Part shown: positions 26,619 through 64,000 of the stretch, one piece after another
Layout: each line of letters begins with the position of its first letter
How positions within the stretch are numbered: the first letter of the stretch is position 1
Assembly (NCBI RefSeq): GCF_009914755.1
Contig: NC_060925.1
Strand: one strand, 5' to 3'
Length of the DNA stretch: 64,000 nt
Source of the DNA: the human T2T-CHM13v2.0 reference genome, Homo sapiens
Made by a program: the position numbers and the translations under genes
The notes under the pieces: generated by a model
What the model was told of the DNA's origin: nothing
The model's database searches: none
What the model saw: only the letters and a program-made list of their open reading frames with translations

Positions 26619-26800
26619 ATTTAATTGCTCTTGCTTTTCTCTTCGCTTCCCTCAGTCCCCCAGACCTTCCAGAACACCCACCACCAGGTTTCCCTGGCCT
26701 GGGCTCCTCTCCTCCGGTGCCGACGTCACGGCTAAGCTCTGGCTGTGCTGACTCCAAGAGCCCGCCCGTCTAATCCACTAAGACAGGCTCTGCTAAGGCC
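26619..26800 (-). promoter_or_regulatory. Candidate photoreceptor-type internal promoter and alternative first exon
   Basis: CTAATCC 26770-26776, CCCGCCC 26761-26767, TGCTGACTC 26746-26754, TAAGCT 26733-26738, GACGTCA 26722-26728, then minus-strand donor AAT|GTGAGT (plus actcac 26613-26618). Confidence 0.55.
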
Positions 26801-28958
26801 TCATGTCTAGTCTTCCTGATGACCCATATCTGCCATTGGCTTTTATTCAGAATCTGAGTTTTGGAAATCCTTTTGAGAGAGATTTGAATAACTTAAAAGC
26901 AAGCAGGTGAAGGGATCTGCCCCTACTTTAGAACAACATCTTTGTGAGTCAAGTGTTAGCAAGATTTTTAAAGTCAGAATATTTCATATTTGCAATGCAA
27001 TGTGCTCCGTGTAGTGCCTCTACCCTTCATGGCAATGCAGCAGCCCAGGCCTCTCATCCAGACCCCTGAGAGTCTAGGAGGGGCACCTCAGCGGTGCCCT
27101 CAGGACCCCATATTACACAGTCACCAATAACAACATTCAGGCTGCAAGTTTGCCAATGACAAAATAGGGTACAGATATTGAAAAATAATTTCAAGTTCTG
27201 GTTCTGCAACATACAAAGAATAATGCTTTCACTAAATTGTTTTTTACTCTAATCTGCTTAATTCAAAATGGGAATGGTGTTATCTATATCACAGAGCTAA
27301 AATGAAAATTAAATCAGACAACCAATCTGAAAGTGCTCTGTCAGTCTCACAGTGATTAAACTATGACGTGTACCTTTGACTAACAATCTCAAGGACAACA
27401 GGCACCATGCTCACCAAAGTGCACACATGTGGTCCCACCACCAAGCAGCAACAGGGCAGTCCTGAGTCACCTGGTCACCAGCTAGCCGCACACCCCTGAG
27501 CCTCCTGTGCAGCACTGGATGGCTGCATCTCTGGATGGTTTGGACAACTTCCGAAGTCCAAACCGGCCCCAGTGTCTTACACCGGGGCAGGAAATTTGCT
27601 AACTTGACCAAACACACAAGGATCACAGCTCACCTCCAAGACGAAGCAGCATTTTGAAAGAGAGGAGTTTGCATGAGGAATTTAAACCAATTTCACTCAC
27701 TTTTCCATTTTTCTTTCATTCCCAAGTCCAGGTCAATCTCCAAAACTAAGACTGTGGGAATTCAAAGGGCAACGGAAAAAGTCCTCAGGCCCTGCTTCCC
27801 TTACGCACCGCTCCTAACAATACTGTGAGGAATAAGGGGAGCAGGGGACCACCGCAACTGATAAAGGACACGACCACTAACGCAGCTGCAGAGCAACGCA
27901 TGCGCAGACCCTCCCTCCAACACAACAGGCACTGTAGAGCCTCAGCATGGTGCTGAGCAGCATGAACCAGGCTGGATTCTAGTTTGAGGGAGACAGAAGA
28001 CAAACAGGTAAATCACGTGGAGTTACAGAGGCTGGGAGCGTACACAGTCACTGCGAACGGGTGAAGTGTGCCAACGAGGGCAGGGAGGATGCTGCTTTGC
28101 ATGGCTGTTAGACATGACCTTGCTAATGGGCCAACATTTGAGCAGCAGGCAGATGGGCAAAAATAACACAACTGTTCTTGTTTGAGGTGCTATTTTTTGC
28201 AATGGTAACAATTTTAAAAATCTTACCTTAGGATTTTGCCTGTGCCTATAAAGTAATCTTAACGAAAAAGTGAATGTGACCAAAGCTCTAGAACTAGAAG
28301 ACAGGGAAACATGTTCAATGACCCCACAGAGGCAACGGTACTACACAATGGCCTGGGAAACACTCCAGGACAGACGACCAGGCAGGTCGGTTAGTCTGTC
28401 TTTAACAAATAAACTTCAAGGGAAAAAGGAGAGAAAGCAAACAATGGAGGGAGGATTTCTGGACTAAGTGAAGAGACTCCCCAGAATCATCTCCTTCATG
28501 TCCCAGTCACAAGTGAGCTCACTCACCCATCAGACGCTGGCAACTGGGGGAAGGGCAGGAACTATGGTGTGCGGTCACAAAGCCCTCAGAAGGCAATTCT
28601 CCAGGGAGGGGTCTAACAGCCAGGGGTGAGCCAGTGAGGCACAGCTGCTAAGAGCTTACCTCTGACCCTTGGAACTCTGAAATCCCAGAAGTGGCTACTG
28701 ACTCTCCCGAAGCCTTATTATTTCTCATGCATCACAAAAAACATCTGATCTCCCATTCTGCTCTCCCTTTTCTAACCCTGTTAGCCTATGGCCTCTTTTT
28801 GCTTTTAGGGCGGAGCACAAAATCTAGCACATACTAGGACAATTGGAAATCATTCAATAGATACACATCTTCAAACATGTTGAGGCCAAATTGGAAGTCC
28901 CACTTTGATCATTTCAAAGCCAAACTTTATATGTAACTGATGGAGTCTCATGAAATGA

Positions 28959-29354
<396 letters not shown>

Positions 29355-29599
29355 CTCCAAGCACCTTTTATAAGGGGCCTGGAAATCCTTAGGTTTAGGG
29401 AAAGACTGCTGTGTGCCATGCCATCTGCACTCCAGTATATAAAAATAATCTTTGTTTTTACATTTACTGCTGCAAACTACAATGAATACTATGTGCTTTC
29501 CCAACAGCAAATGGGCGGTGGGGGTTAGAATTCTGTTCCTAGAAAAACTTCCGTGTTTTTATTGGCATTTGCAGGTCCAGCCCACTTAAGCAGGACCAA

Positions 29600-29860
29600 T
29601 GATGTCTGACAGCCCTGGCTGGAAGCAGAGTGACGCTTCATGGCAGGAAAGTTGGAAGCCCCAGGTTCTAACCCAGACTCTATCTCTTCTCACCAGGTGG
29701 CCTCCAGTAGGTTTCCTAACTTCTCTCTGCCTACATTTTTTTGTCTGAAAGTGGGGACAGTAATAGTCCCCACAGCTCATGCTATGACAATTCCATTAGA
29801 ATCCATGCAAGCCCCTTAGAACCATGACTGACACAGTAAATGCTTACTAAATATGACTTG
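29600..29860 (-). mobile_element. MIR remnant
   Basis: ttcctaacttctctctgcctacattttttt gtctgaaagtggggacagtaatag...acacagtaaatgctt. Confidence 0.6.
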
Positions 29861-30049
29861 CTATGAAAGCAGGTGTAAAACTGTTGCCCTGAAAGTTTTA
29901 AGTAATGTCCAGAAAACTACCTCCTGCCTCACCTGCCACACTTTCCATCCAGTCAGTGCAGTAGGCCCTTTTGCAGAAATCAAAAATATATGTAGCAGTG
30001 GCAACCAGTGTAACAGTGGAGTTAATCAGATAGATGTGATACTTTGAAA

Positions 30050-33486
<3,437 letters not shown>

Positions 33487-33577
33487 CCAACCCACCAGCT
33501 ATTTATAAAAACAAACTCTGAAGAAATTTATATATTGTCTTTCTAAAACTGATGAGGATCAAATATATCAAAATTAC

Positions 33578-33626
33578 CTTAATTCAGAAGGGCTTCTGGT
33601 CTGGTCTCCAATACATGTAAATTTGT
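33578..33626 (-). other. GNB1: GNB1 exon 2 (non-coding, 49 nt)
   Basis: Acceptor ttctgtttgtttcAG, exon ACAAATTTACATGTATTGG...CTGAATTAAG, donor GTAATT; matches my recollection of the GNB1 mRNA leader. Confidence 0.88.
33584..33616 (-). other. Upstream ORF in exon 2 (MYWRPDQKPF*)
   Basis: ATG TAT TGG AGA CCA GAC CAG AAG CCC TTC TGA; weak Kozak context (TAC-ATG-T). Confidence 0.7.
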
Positions 33627-33951
33627 CTGAAACAAACAGAAAAGGCTGTATTTGTATTGCACTCAGGTTGTGAATAAAATATTCTATTTTGCTAGTAGCT
33701 ATATTTTATGCAACGACACATAAATTTGACCCTTCCCTATTACTATTTCTCCCCCAAAATTGCTTTATTTAGCAGTACTGTCATATTTTGTTTTTCAGCA
33801 TGGGAACAAAATAAGAAATCAGATCTCAACTTCTTTAAGAATCCTTAGAAATGCCCCAGGGAAAATACCTTGAATTAAACTGAAAAGTATGGGCACAGAG
33901 GTTAGAATCCTATCACTAGAAAAATTACAGTAACAATTTAAAAACTAATGC

Positions 33952-35868
<1,917 letters not shown>

Positions 35869-36154
35869 GATTTCAGAACATTTAAAGATGCTTCTGTAAT
35901 CGCTCCCTCAAATTAAACTATGTGAAAAGACCACTTGTGGAGGCTTCACAGGTCACCACCTGCCTATTAATTCAGTGTCTTGTGAGTCTGCAAACTCACA
36001 TGCACACATCTAGTCTGGAGTCAGTAGATGAATCAACAAACTGAAATATCTCCCAGTTGAACTGTGAATTCTAATTCATTTACTTAAAGTAGTTTCGTTT
36101 TGCAATTATGCTGCTTATGTACAAGCAAGCACGTACTTTTCCGGCAGTAAAAAT

Positions 36155-37197
<1,043 letters not shown>

Positions 37198-37330
37198 TTG
37201 GGTGTGAAAAGGCACACAGGAGTAAACAGTGAATGATGCAAACTACCCCAGACTTCAGGAAGCGAAGCCTCGCTCCGGGGCAGGGTCCTATGAGCATACC
37301 CGAAAAGTGCCACCAAATCAAGTTTCAAAG

Positions 37331-37486
37331 CATGGGTCTCAACCTCAGCACAATGAACATTTTAGGCAGGGGTGTGTGTGTGTCCCCAGGAGGATATCTG
37401 GCAGCATGCCAGTAGTGCTCCTTTCCCCAGCTGTAACAGCCACCTGGCATCCCGAGAGGCAATACTGACCCCAGTTGAGAACTCTT
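37331..37486 (-). mobile_element. MER20-like hAT-Charlie DNA transposon
   Basis: Ends tctcaacctcagcac...gacccc agttgagaac resemble MER20 termini. Confidence 0.7.
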
Positions 37487-37614
37487 CAACTGTCACAATT
37501 ATCTCAACCACTAAATATAAATCTTTTCAAGTACTTTCCAGATCAAGGGACAGGTAGGAAGAGAAATACTACTAAAAAAAATTATACATAATCTGCTCTA
37601 TTTTATCATTATTA

Positions 37615-43190
<5,576 letters not shown>

Positions 43191-43254
43191 TATTCCTTCC
43201 CTTTCACTCTTTGTAACACAACTGTCTAGCATTTTACTTCTACATGTTTTTTGA

Positions 43255-43670
43255 AGACTCCTTCTGGGTCTTTGTTCCCAGTTCCTCAGAAGGAGCTTCA
43301 AAAACTATTGGATGTTCCGGAGTGATAGGCATGTCTTTGTTATTCATGAGCCTCCATGTTTTTGCTGAGATGAGCTGACTCAAGATAGAGGCTGGTCACC
43401 AGAAAGACAAACCATGACATTAGACGGTTGGGGTTTGAAACCATTCTGACTGGGGTGGGAGAGGGGCTAGAGATTGTGCTCTATCAATTGTGCCCAAGTA
43501 ACAAAGCCCCAATAAAAACTCTCAACACCAAGGCTCAGGGGAGCTTCCTGGTTAGAAGCTCATTGACCCCGATTTGTCAGGAGAGACTCCATGGGGAGAG
43601 GGCTTGGAGGATGTGTGCTTGAGACTCTGCTAGGCCTTGCTGTATATATCTCTTCATTTGCCTGGTCTGA
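43255..43670 (+). mobile_element. MER21-like LTR fragment
   Basis: ggtctttgttcccagttcct...gagtgataggcatgtctttgttattcat...ggctggtcaccagaaagac...aataaaaactc. Confidence 0.6.
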
Positions 43671-43699
43671 TTTATATTAAACTAGATATAGCACCAGAA

Positions 43700-47083
<3,384 letters not shown>

Positions 47084-48349
47084 AGTGAATGTCTTGTGTG
47101 CCTTGCTATGCACACAGGTTCTCAGCCCCTGAGTGGAGTGCAACTTACGGGCCTACCCTACACTCAGGAGCCAGCAACAGCCCCTCATCCTGCTCTCACC
47201 AACCCAGCTCCACATCTGCCACACCCAGTCACGCCCCCTTCTGAACCCTCAACTGGTTCTTTTGTGGTTCTTCTCTCAAGTCGAGGATCCACTCCTTATT
47301 CCCTTTCCCTGAATGTACCCCAGTTCCTAGAAAGCTCTACGCACTGCAGCGCTCTGAGGGTTCAATCCTTTCAGATTCCACCAGTGTAAAGCAAGCCTCA
47401 GCACCCCTTTCCTTTCCAAACCTGCTGGCAGTCCCTCCCAGCTCTCCTGCAGCACAGACTCAAGCCTCCCTTCCATCCCTTTCCCCTCCTGCCCCTGTGC
47501 TCCACTCCCACTGCTTCAGCCTCTTGATGGCTTACCATCTTTGCCTGGCCCGTTACTAATCTGTGTCTCTATCCCACCTCTTTTCCACTTCAATCCATCT
47601 TAACAGCACTGCCTGATTTATCTTTCTGAAGGACAGCTCTGACATGCGACTCCTCCGCTCAGAAGTCTTCAAATACTCCTCCTACGGAAAAAATCAAACT
47701 TTTTAGCCTGGCCTAATTTAAAGCTCTTACTGACTGTATTCCCAGGTACTCCTCCCCAGGGAGTCAAGTAAGCCTAGAAAGGGCCAAACACATGGGCACG
47801 AACACCCCAGACAACTTTGGTGGTCTCTGCCGAACTCTGACCACTAGTCTCTTAAAGAGAAATCCTAGAAACATGAACATATTTTTGCCTCAAAGAATGA
47901 GAGCCAATTTTTAAAGGTAAAATATCTCCCCACCAAGCAAGAAAAAAGACATGCTTCCAAAACTTAGCTTATTTCCTGCAAAACCCACAAAATATAGAAA
48001 GTACCCTGAGTTGGAAATGTTTTTATAACCCATATTCTAAATCATCTGTGATTTAGAAAGAGAACTGGAAACAGGAATAATAGAAACTATGTCTTCAGGC
48101 TATTTAGAATGACACAGTGCTCTATAAACCTCAGCTAATGTCTAGGTTTGTTAGGCGGTCACTGTGAGAAAAGCATTTTGTGAGCCTACTCTGGTGCCAG
48201 GCACCAGTTTAGGTCAGAGTAAAGTAAGCACAAATATTTACTTGGGAGTCTGAGTACATATATAGTCATATTATATAACAACATGAAAATAGGATAGAAG
48301 TGTCAATTGTTGATAAAACATTTAACAATAAAGTGGCCTCAATATCTGG

Positions 48350-48690
48350 GTTCGTATTTGTATGGCTTCATTCACTCACTCAACAACGACCTGCCCATCT
48401 CCAATCATGTGCCAGGCACCACAGCTCAGGGGAGTCCGTAGGAAACAAGACACAGCACTTGCTGTTCTAGAACTTGCTTGTTGGTCGAGGAAGGCATTAA
48501 GCGAACAGTGCAAGTCTTTATTTTGATACATCAACTGCTATCCATTGCTAAGGAAACATAAAACTACGTAAGAAGGGGAAACAGGTGAGATGGGGAGGTC
48601 TCTCTTAGAAGGTGGCCAGAGAAGGCCACTCTGGTGTGGAGAAATCTGAGCGGGGTCCCAAGGACAGGGTGAACAGGTATAAAGAGTCCC
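48350..48690 (+). mobile_element. L2 remnant
   Basis: ttcattcactcactcaacaa...catgtgccaggcacc...aaacaagacacagc. Confidence 0.55.
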
Positions 48691-49009
48691 TGAGATTCTG
48701 ACTTATTCCTACTAGTCAAGATTTCTTACCTGCTGAAACACTGACAAAGCCTGCCACTTCTACCTCTGAATGTGAGAGACAAATTAACTTTATTGTCTCC
48801 ATCCTGGAATGTTCAGTCCAACTGCTATCCTTCTCTTAAATTAAACTCTGACAGTACAAAAAAGCTCAGTCATAAAAAAAAGGTAGAGGAAGGGGACCAC
48901 AATGAAGCAGCAGATACACAGCAAGAGGGACTCACTACAAAACCTGTTTTAAGGAAGACAGATACATCTCCTGTTAGTCCCAGACATTCCTTCCTAAGTA
49001 AGTTTTTAA

Positions 49010-51223
<2,214 letters not shown>

Positions 51224-52054
51224 TCATTTAAAACAAAAAATATTATTAATTCAGAAGGCCCAAGAAAAAGGCTCTTGTACTGTTCACTCTTCTGAGGGAA
51301 GTATCCTACAAAACAGTAATACCGTAAAGACATTCAGGAGAGCCCAGGTATATGGAGAGCATACTCTGATTTTAATCACTTCAGGTATTTTCACCAGGTA
51401 ATTAAATTCACTGTCCAATCACCTGTCTCAAAATCCTGCTGATTAATGAGAAGCCTTAATGGGAAATTTGGTATTAACTACATCTTTTAGGAAATCATTA
51501 ATTCTAGAAATGGAAAATTAAAACTACTCCTGACTTCACTTTACCCCCACTTCAAAAGTCTACCCAGTCTAGCCAAGGTTCTCACTGGGAAGTGGGGAGA
51601 GGAGGAATATGAGAGGTCCCAAGGAAACTAAACTGGAAACGAGAAAGTGGAAAGAGGAACCAAGAACCCAGTCTCGGATGGCTCTTGGGGCTGGCTGGCT
51701 CCTCTCTCTCTCCTTCCAGTGTGCTTTCTCTGCTCCTCTGTGAATCTCTCTATTAACCAATCACTGTCATCTTGTACAGGGTTCAACGCAGCCTAGGATT
51801 CTAAATCACAGCAATCATCAAATGTCAGCCATGTCTCTGTCTCCAGAGTCTCCTCTGCACCAACTCACTCCCTCACTGTCTGCAGGCCAGGTGGCTGGTA
51901 CACTGTGGAACTGGGGAGGATACAGCAAGTCCTGTGGGCAGCTGCCCTTGCCAAAGGGACAATGGGTGGAGTACCTGAGAAGGGAACATGGGTAGGCCAA
52001 GCAATGACGATATCTTTAACATGGGAACAAACTTCTCTACATGTGCACTTATAG

Positions 52055-52325
52055 CAGTACCCCCATATCTGAGAAGGACATGCTCCAAGACCCCCAGGGG
52101 ATGCCAGATAAACTGTGGATAGTACCACACTTTATATAGACTACATTTTTTCCTTTATGCTGTATTTTTTCCTATACAAATGATAGGAACTTAATCCTGT
52201 AACAAAGTTTTATTTATAAATTAGGCACAGTAAGAAATTAACAATAATAACTAATAATCAAGCAGAACCACCATAACAACATACCGTAATAAAAGTTATG
52301 GGAATGTGGTCTCTCTCGTACTGTA
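52055..52325 (+). mobile_element. MER44-like (Tigger7 derivative)
   Basis: ccaagacccccag..gatgcc...gtggatagtacc...tttataaattaggcacagtaaga...taataaaagttatg..aatgtggtctctctc. Confidence 0.8.
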
Positions 52326-53197
52326 CCGTGATATTTTATGGTGCCATACCTCAAAAGACAAGGCCACGGGTACAGGGGCTACTGCAATTCTTCCCTCTGG
52401 CACTGCACTAGCTGAGGACATGCCACAAAGCAGCACACATGGATCCATAATGGAGAATCCAGAACAATTACAGTCCCCAAAACACACAAAATAAAAACAC
52501 AACTGCACAGTCACTGGTGTTTTTTCTTTTCTTTAAAAGCATTCATGAATATCCCCACTGCCTTATCTGCCTACTATGTCAAAAACAGGAGAGAAGGCCA
52601 TGGCCAGAATCATGGAACATCCAATAAAGGCAGTCACTTGTTATTCTGACAAGTCATTTGTTTTCAGTTCATCTGTCGCATCTGTCAAGAAAAACACAGA
52701 CTGTCTTCTAAAAGTCCGTTTTTAACTATTTTATTTTTTTTCAATGACAAATTCCACTTGTACCATAGAAGCCATATTCTGCATGTTGGAGAGGCCCCTT
52801 TGTGGTCCCTCATCCCTGGGTTCTTCCTGGGCATCCTATGGCCTCCCCTCTGGTGACAGGCAGCACCCCGAAGACTTAATTTTGATTCTTAAAAAGGGAC
52901 AGATCCCTCCTTCCACCCTTGTCCAGGTACTTCCAGAGGGTGGGTCCCCTTCTCATGGGAACATACTACCCCCACTCACCAGACCACAGTGATGAGTCCA
53001 GCCCAGACTGTGGGCCATGAAAGCCTAAGCTCCCAAAACAAACAAGATGCCAGGGACACTGCAGCCATCTCAGAGGACACCGAAAGACATTTTAAAGCCA
53101 AGGGAAGCACAGCAGAACATCAGCTGCTGGACACCAAGGGAGCCACAGCTCGAGGGGGTTCGTGCTCCAACAGCAGATGGAGCTACACCCTTCCCGA

Positions 53198-53205
53198 TGA
53201 CGTCA
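53198..53205. promoter_or_regulatory. Full CRE palindrome TGACGTCA
   Basis: Exact motif in unique intron 1 sequence. Confidence 0.3.
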
Positions 53206-53372
53206 CATCCTAATAAAGCCCTGTTTGCAGTGGCTGCTGTGATAAAAAAGCAAGCTCTGCATGAAATCAACATGGAACAGGAAACAAGGGGTGGGGTGGG
53301 ACGGAGTCCAATCTGATTCTGAAGTTTGAGAAGCTGTACAACCCATTAGTAATTGTGGCTATTTAAAAATAA

Positions 53373-53880
<508 letters not shown>

Positions 53881-54109
53881 AATTCAATAAAGGGAATGTG
53901 AACTATGTATCGTGGCCTAAAGGCATTTGGAGACATAAAGGTGCCATGAATCTGCCCTCAGGGATGAGACGCCAACGGAGACTGATTGGCAGGAGTGGGG
54001 GAGGAAAGAAAATGTAAAGAAAGGGGGAGCAGGGTAAACTAAAGGAGAGAAAAGGGGAGAGGAAGGAGAAGTGGGGTGGGGGAGAGGGGTGGGAAAGAAG
54101 AGGGAGGCA

Positions 54110-55169
<1,060 letters not shown>

Positions 55170-55228
55170 TCACCTACTGCTCTGCCCCTCCACTTTGCAG
55201 TAAGCTGTAACACACTACACGCTCATCA

Positions 55229-60630
<5,402 letters not shown>

Positions 60631-60927
60631 GAAAACAGTATCTTAAAACAGTATGTTCCTTTCCTCCATTCACCCCATGAGATACCACGTTTCACAGGGA
60701 TGTCTTCCAGACTTTGATACATATGTGCATAATTTTTCACAAGTCAATCAAATGATACCATATTCCCCAAACTATACATATTCAAAATGCCCAACCATTT
60801 ACTGTATTGTGGTCATCTCTTCATGCCAATAAAGGAAGGCCACCTTAAATCTTTTTAACAACTGCACAGTATGCCATTCCAAGTCTGCCTTAATTTAGCC
60901 AATCTATTGATGGACATTTAGATTCAT

Positions 60928-61732
<805 letters not shown>

Positions 61733-61739
61733 TGACTAG

Positions 61740-61852
61740 GCATTCATACAGCAAATATTTATTGAGACCTACTATGTACCAGGCACTGTCAGAGGATATA
61801 CCAGGAAATAAAACATGAAGTTCTCTACCCTCATGGAGCTTATATTTTAGTG
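61740..61852 (+). mobile_element. L2 3' remnant
   Basis: cattcatacagcaaatatttattgagacctactatgtaccaggcactgt...ccctcatggagcttatattttagtgg. Confidence 0.7.
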
Positions 61853-62541
61853 GCTACTGACAATTTTTTGCTTTTATACCAAAAATTCTAGCTAGGAGTT
61901 TTTGAGCATTGTCTGTCTTAAATATTTGGCTTTTATAACTAATTTTATAATAAGCATTCTCTTATTTCTTCCTTTGGATAAATTTCTAAAAATAGACTTG
62001 CTGGAACAATTATTTTAGAAATGCTTTTATACTAAAAATAATAACCCTTTATCATATATATTCCTAACATTTTTCTAATTTTCCTGCCTTTGAACTATAG
62101 TTCAGAGGCCCCCAAACAGGCATCTTTTGCTGTAGATATGTTCCGAATGCTTAAGCAGATATCTTTTCATAGCTTATAGCCTTATTGTCAAACTAAGAAA
62201 CTCTTTACCTACAGCTGGATTGCCAGTTGATCCAATACCTTTTACATGACAAACCATCCATTCCCAACTGATTGTAAATGCTACATTAATCATAAATTCC
62301 CATTAATTTATAGATCAGTATCTAGACTGCTTTGTTCCACTTACCTATAATACTTATAAAAAATCTACTAGGAAACGTTCCCCCTTTTCTTTCTTTAGAA
62401 CTCCCCTCAAATATTTACTTCTCCAAATCAAGTGACATCTTGAAAATATTCAAGCACATGCATATAGGAATACTGCATTCAAGTTCTGTATTTATGTCTA
62501 TCTATTCAAGTTCTCTTTCACCTCTTCAATAATGCATCTAA

Positions 62542-63634
<1,093 letters not shown>

Positions 63635-64000
63635 TTACAAAGACCAGAGGCTCTAGTCAGTCCACTGCTCCTTTATGTTGTTATCTGACCATTCATTATC
63701 TCAGACACTTACTACTGACTTCTATAAGAATCCAAAAAACAGAATTTCACTAGAAGGTGACAGTCTTGTTTCAGCTAACCATTCATGCCCAAGAGCTTAA
63801 TTACAGGGTGGACCTCAGCCCCCACCTTAGTGTCTCTCAGGTGGGTGGGATGAAGTCAGAGAAAAGGCAGTGCAGCACCAGCAACACAGGTCCATCAGGA
63901 ACTGGAGCTTTTCCTACTGTCCCTGCTTCCTCCTCCCGTGAATCCCAACAATCACAGCCACAGAAATAGTAAGCAGGAAAAAACAAGGAGGTGGCAGTAG

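Noticed and set aside
27190-27360. Extra TAATCT/TGATTAA sites upstream of the candidate promoter
   Set aside because: They fall in an AT-rich MIR-like remnant, so not counted as independent evidence.

Overview
Primate, almost certainly human, genomic DNA lying entirely inside GNB1 (G protein beta-1, also the rod transducin beta subunit), transcribed on the minus strand. The window holds the 49-nt non-coding exon 2 (33578-33626) and coding exons 3-6 (19784-19886, 12225-12263, 10145-10251, 861-924). These splice at GT-AG junctions to give Gbeta1 residues 1-89. Exon 1 lies beyond the right edge and exons 7 onward beyond the left edge. By eye, about half the window is Alu, with L1, L2, MIR, Tigger2, MER20, MER30, MER44 and MER21-like relics, and nearly all long ORFs in the track are repeat artefacts. 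The most interesting signal is a candidate photoreceptor-specific expression module. It consists of an ATG-free alternative first exon/promoter in intron 2 (~26619-26800) with CRX/OTX2, NRL/MAF, GC-box and CRE-like motifs and a GTGAGT donor, which would bypass a uORF in exon 2, plus a dense CRX+NRL cluster in intron 5 (~4011-4097). Other observations: a candidate Alu exon that creates a strong uORF, circRNA-favouring architecture with predictable circle ORFs, an L1 insertion with 5' inversion and 3' transduction inside an AluY, a fold-back templated insertion, and an old direct duplication flanking exon 6. Repeat boundaries and subfamilies are by-eye estimates; no searches were run.
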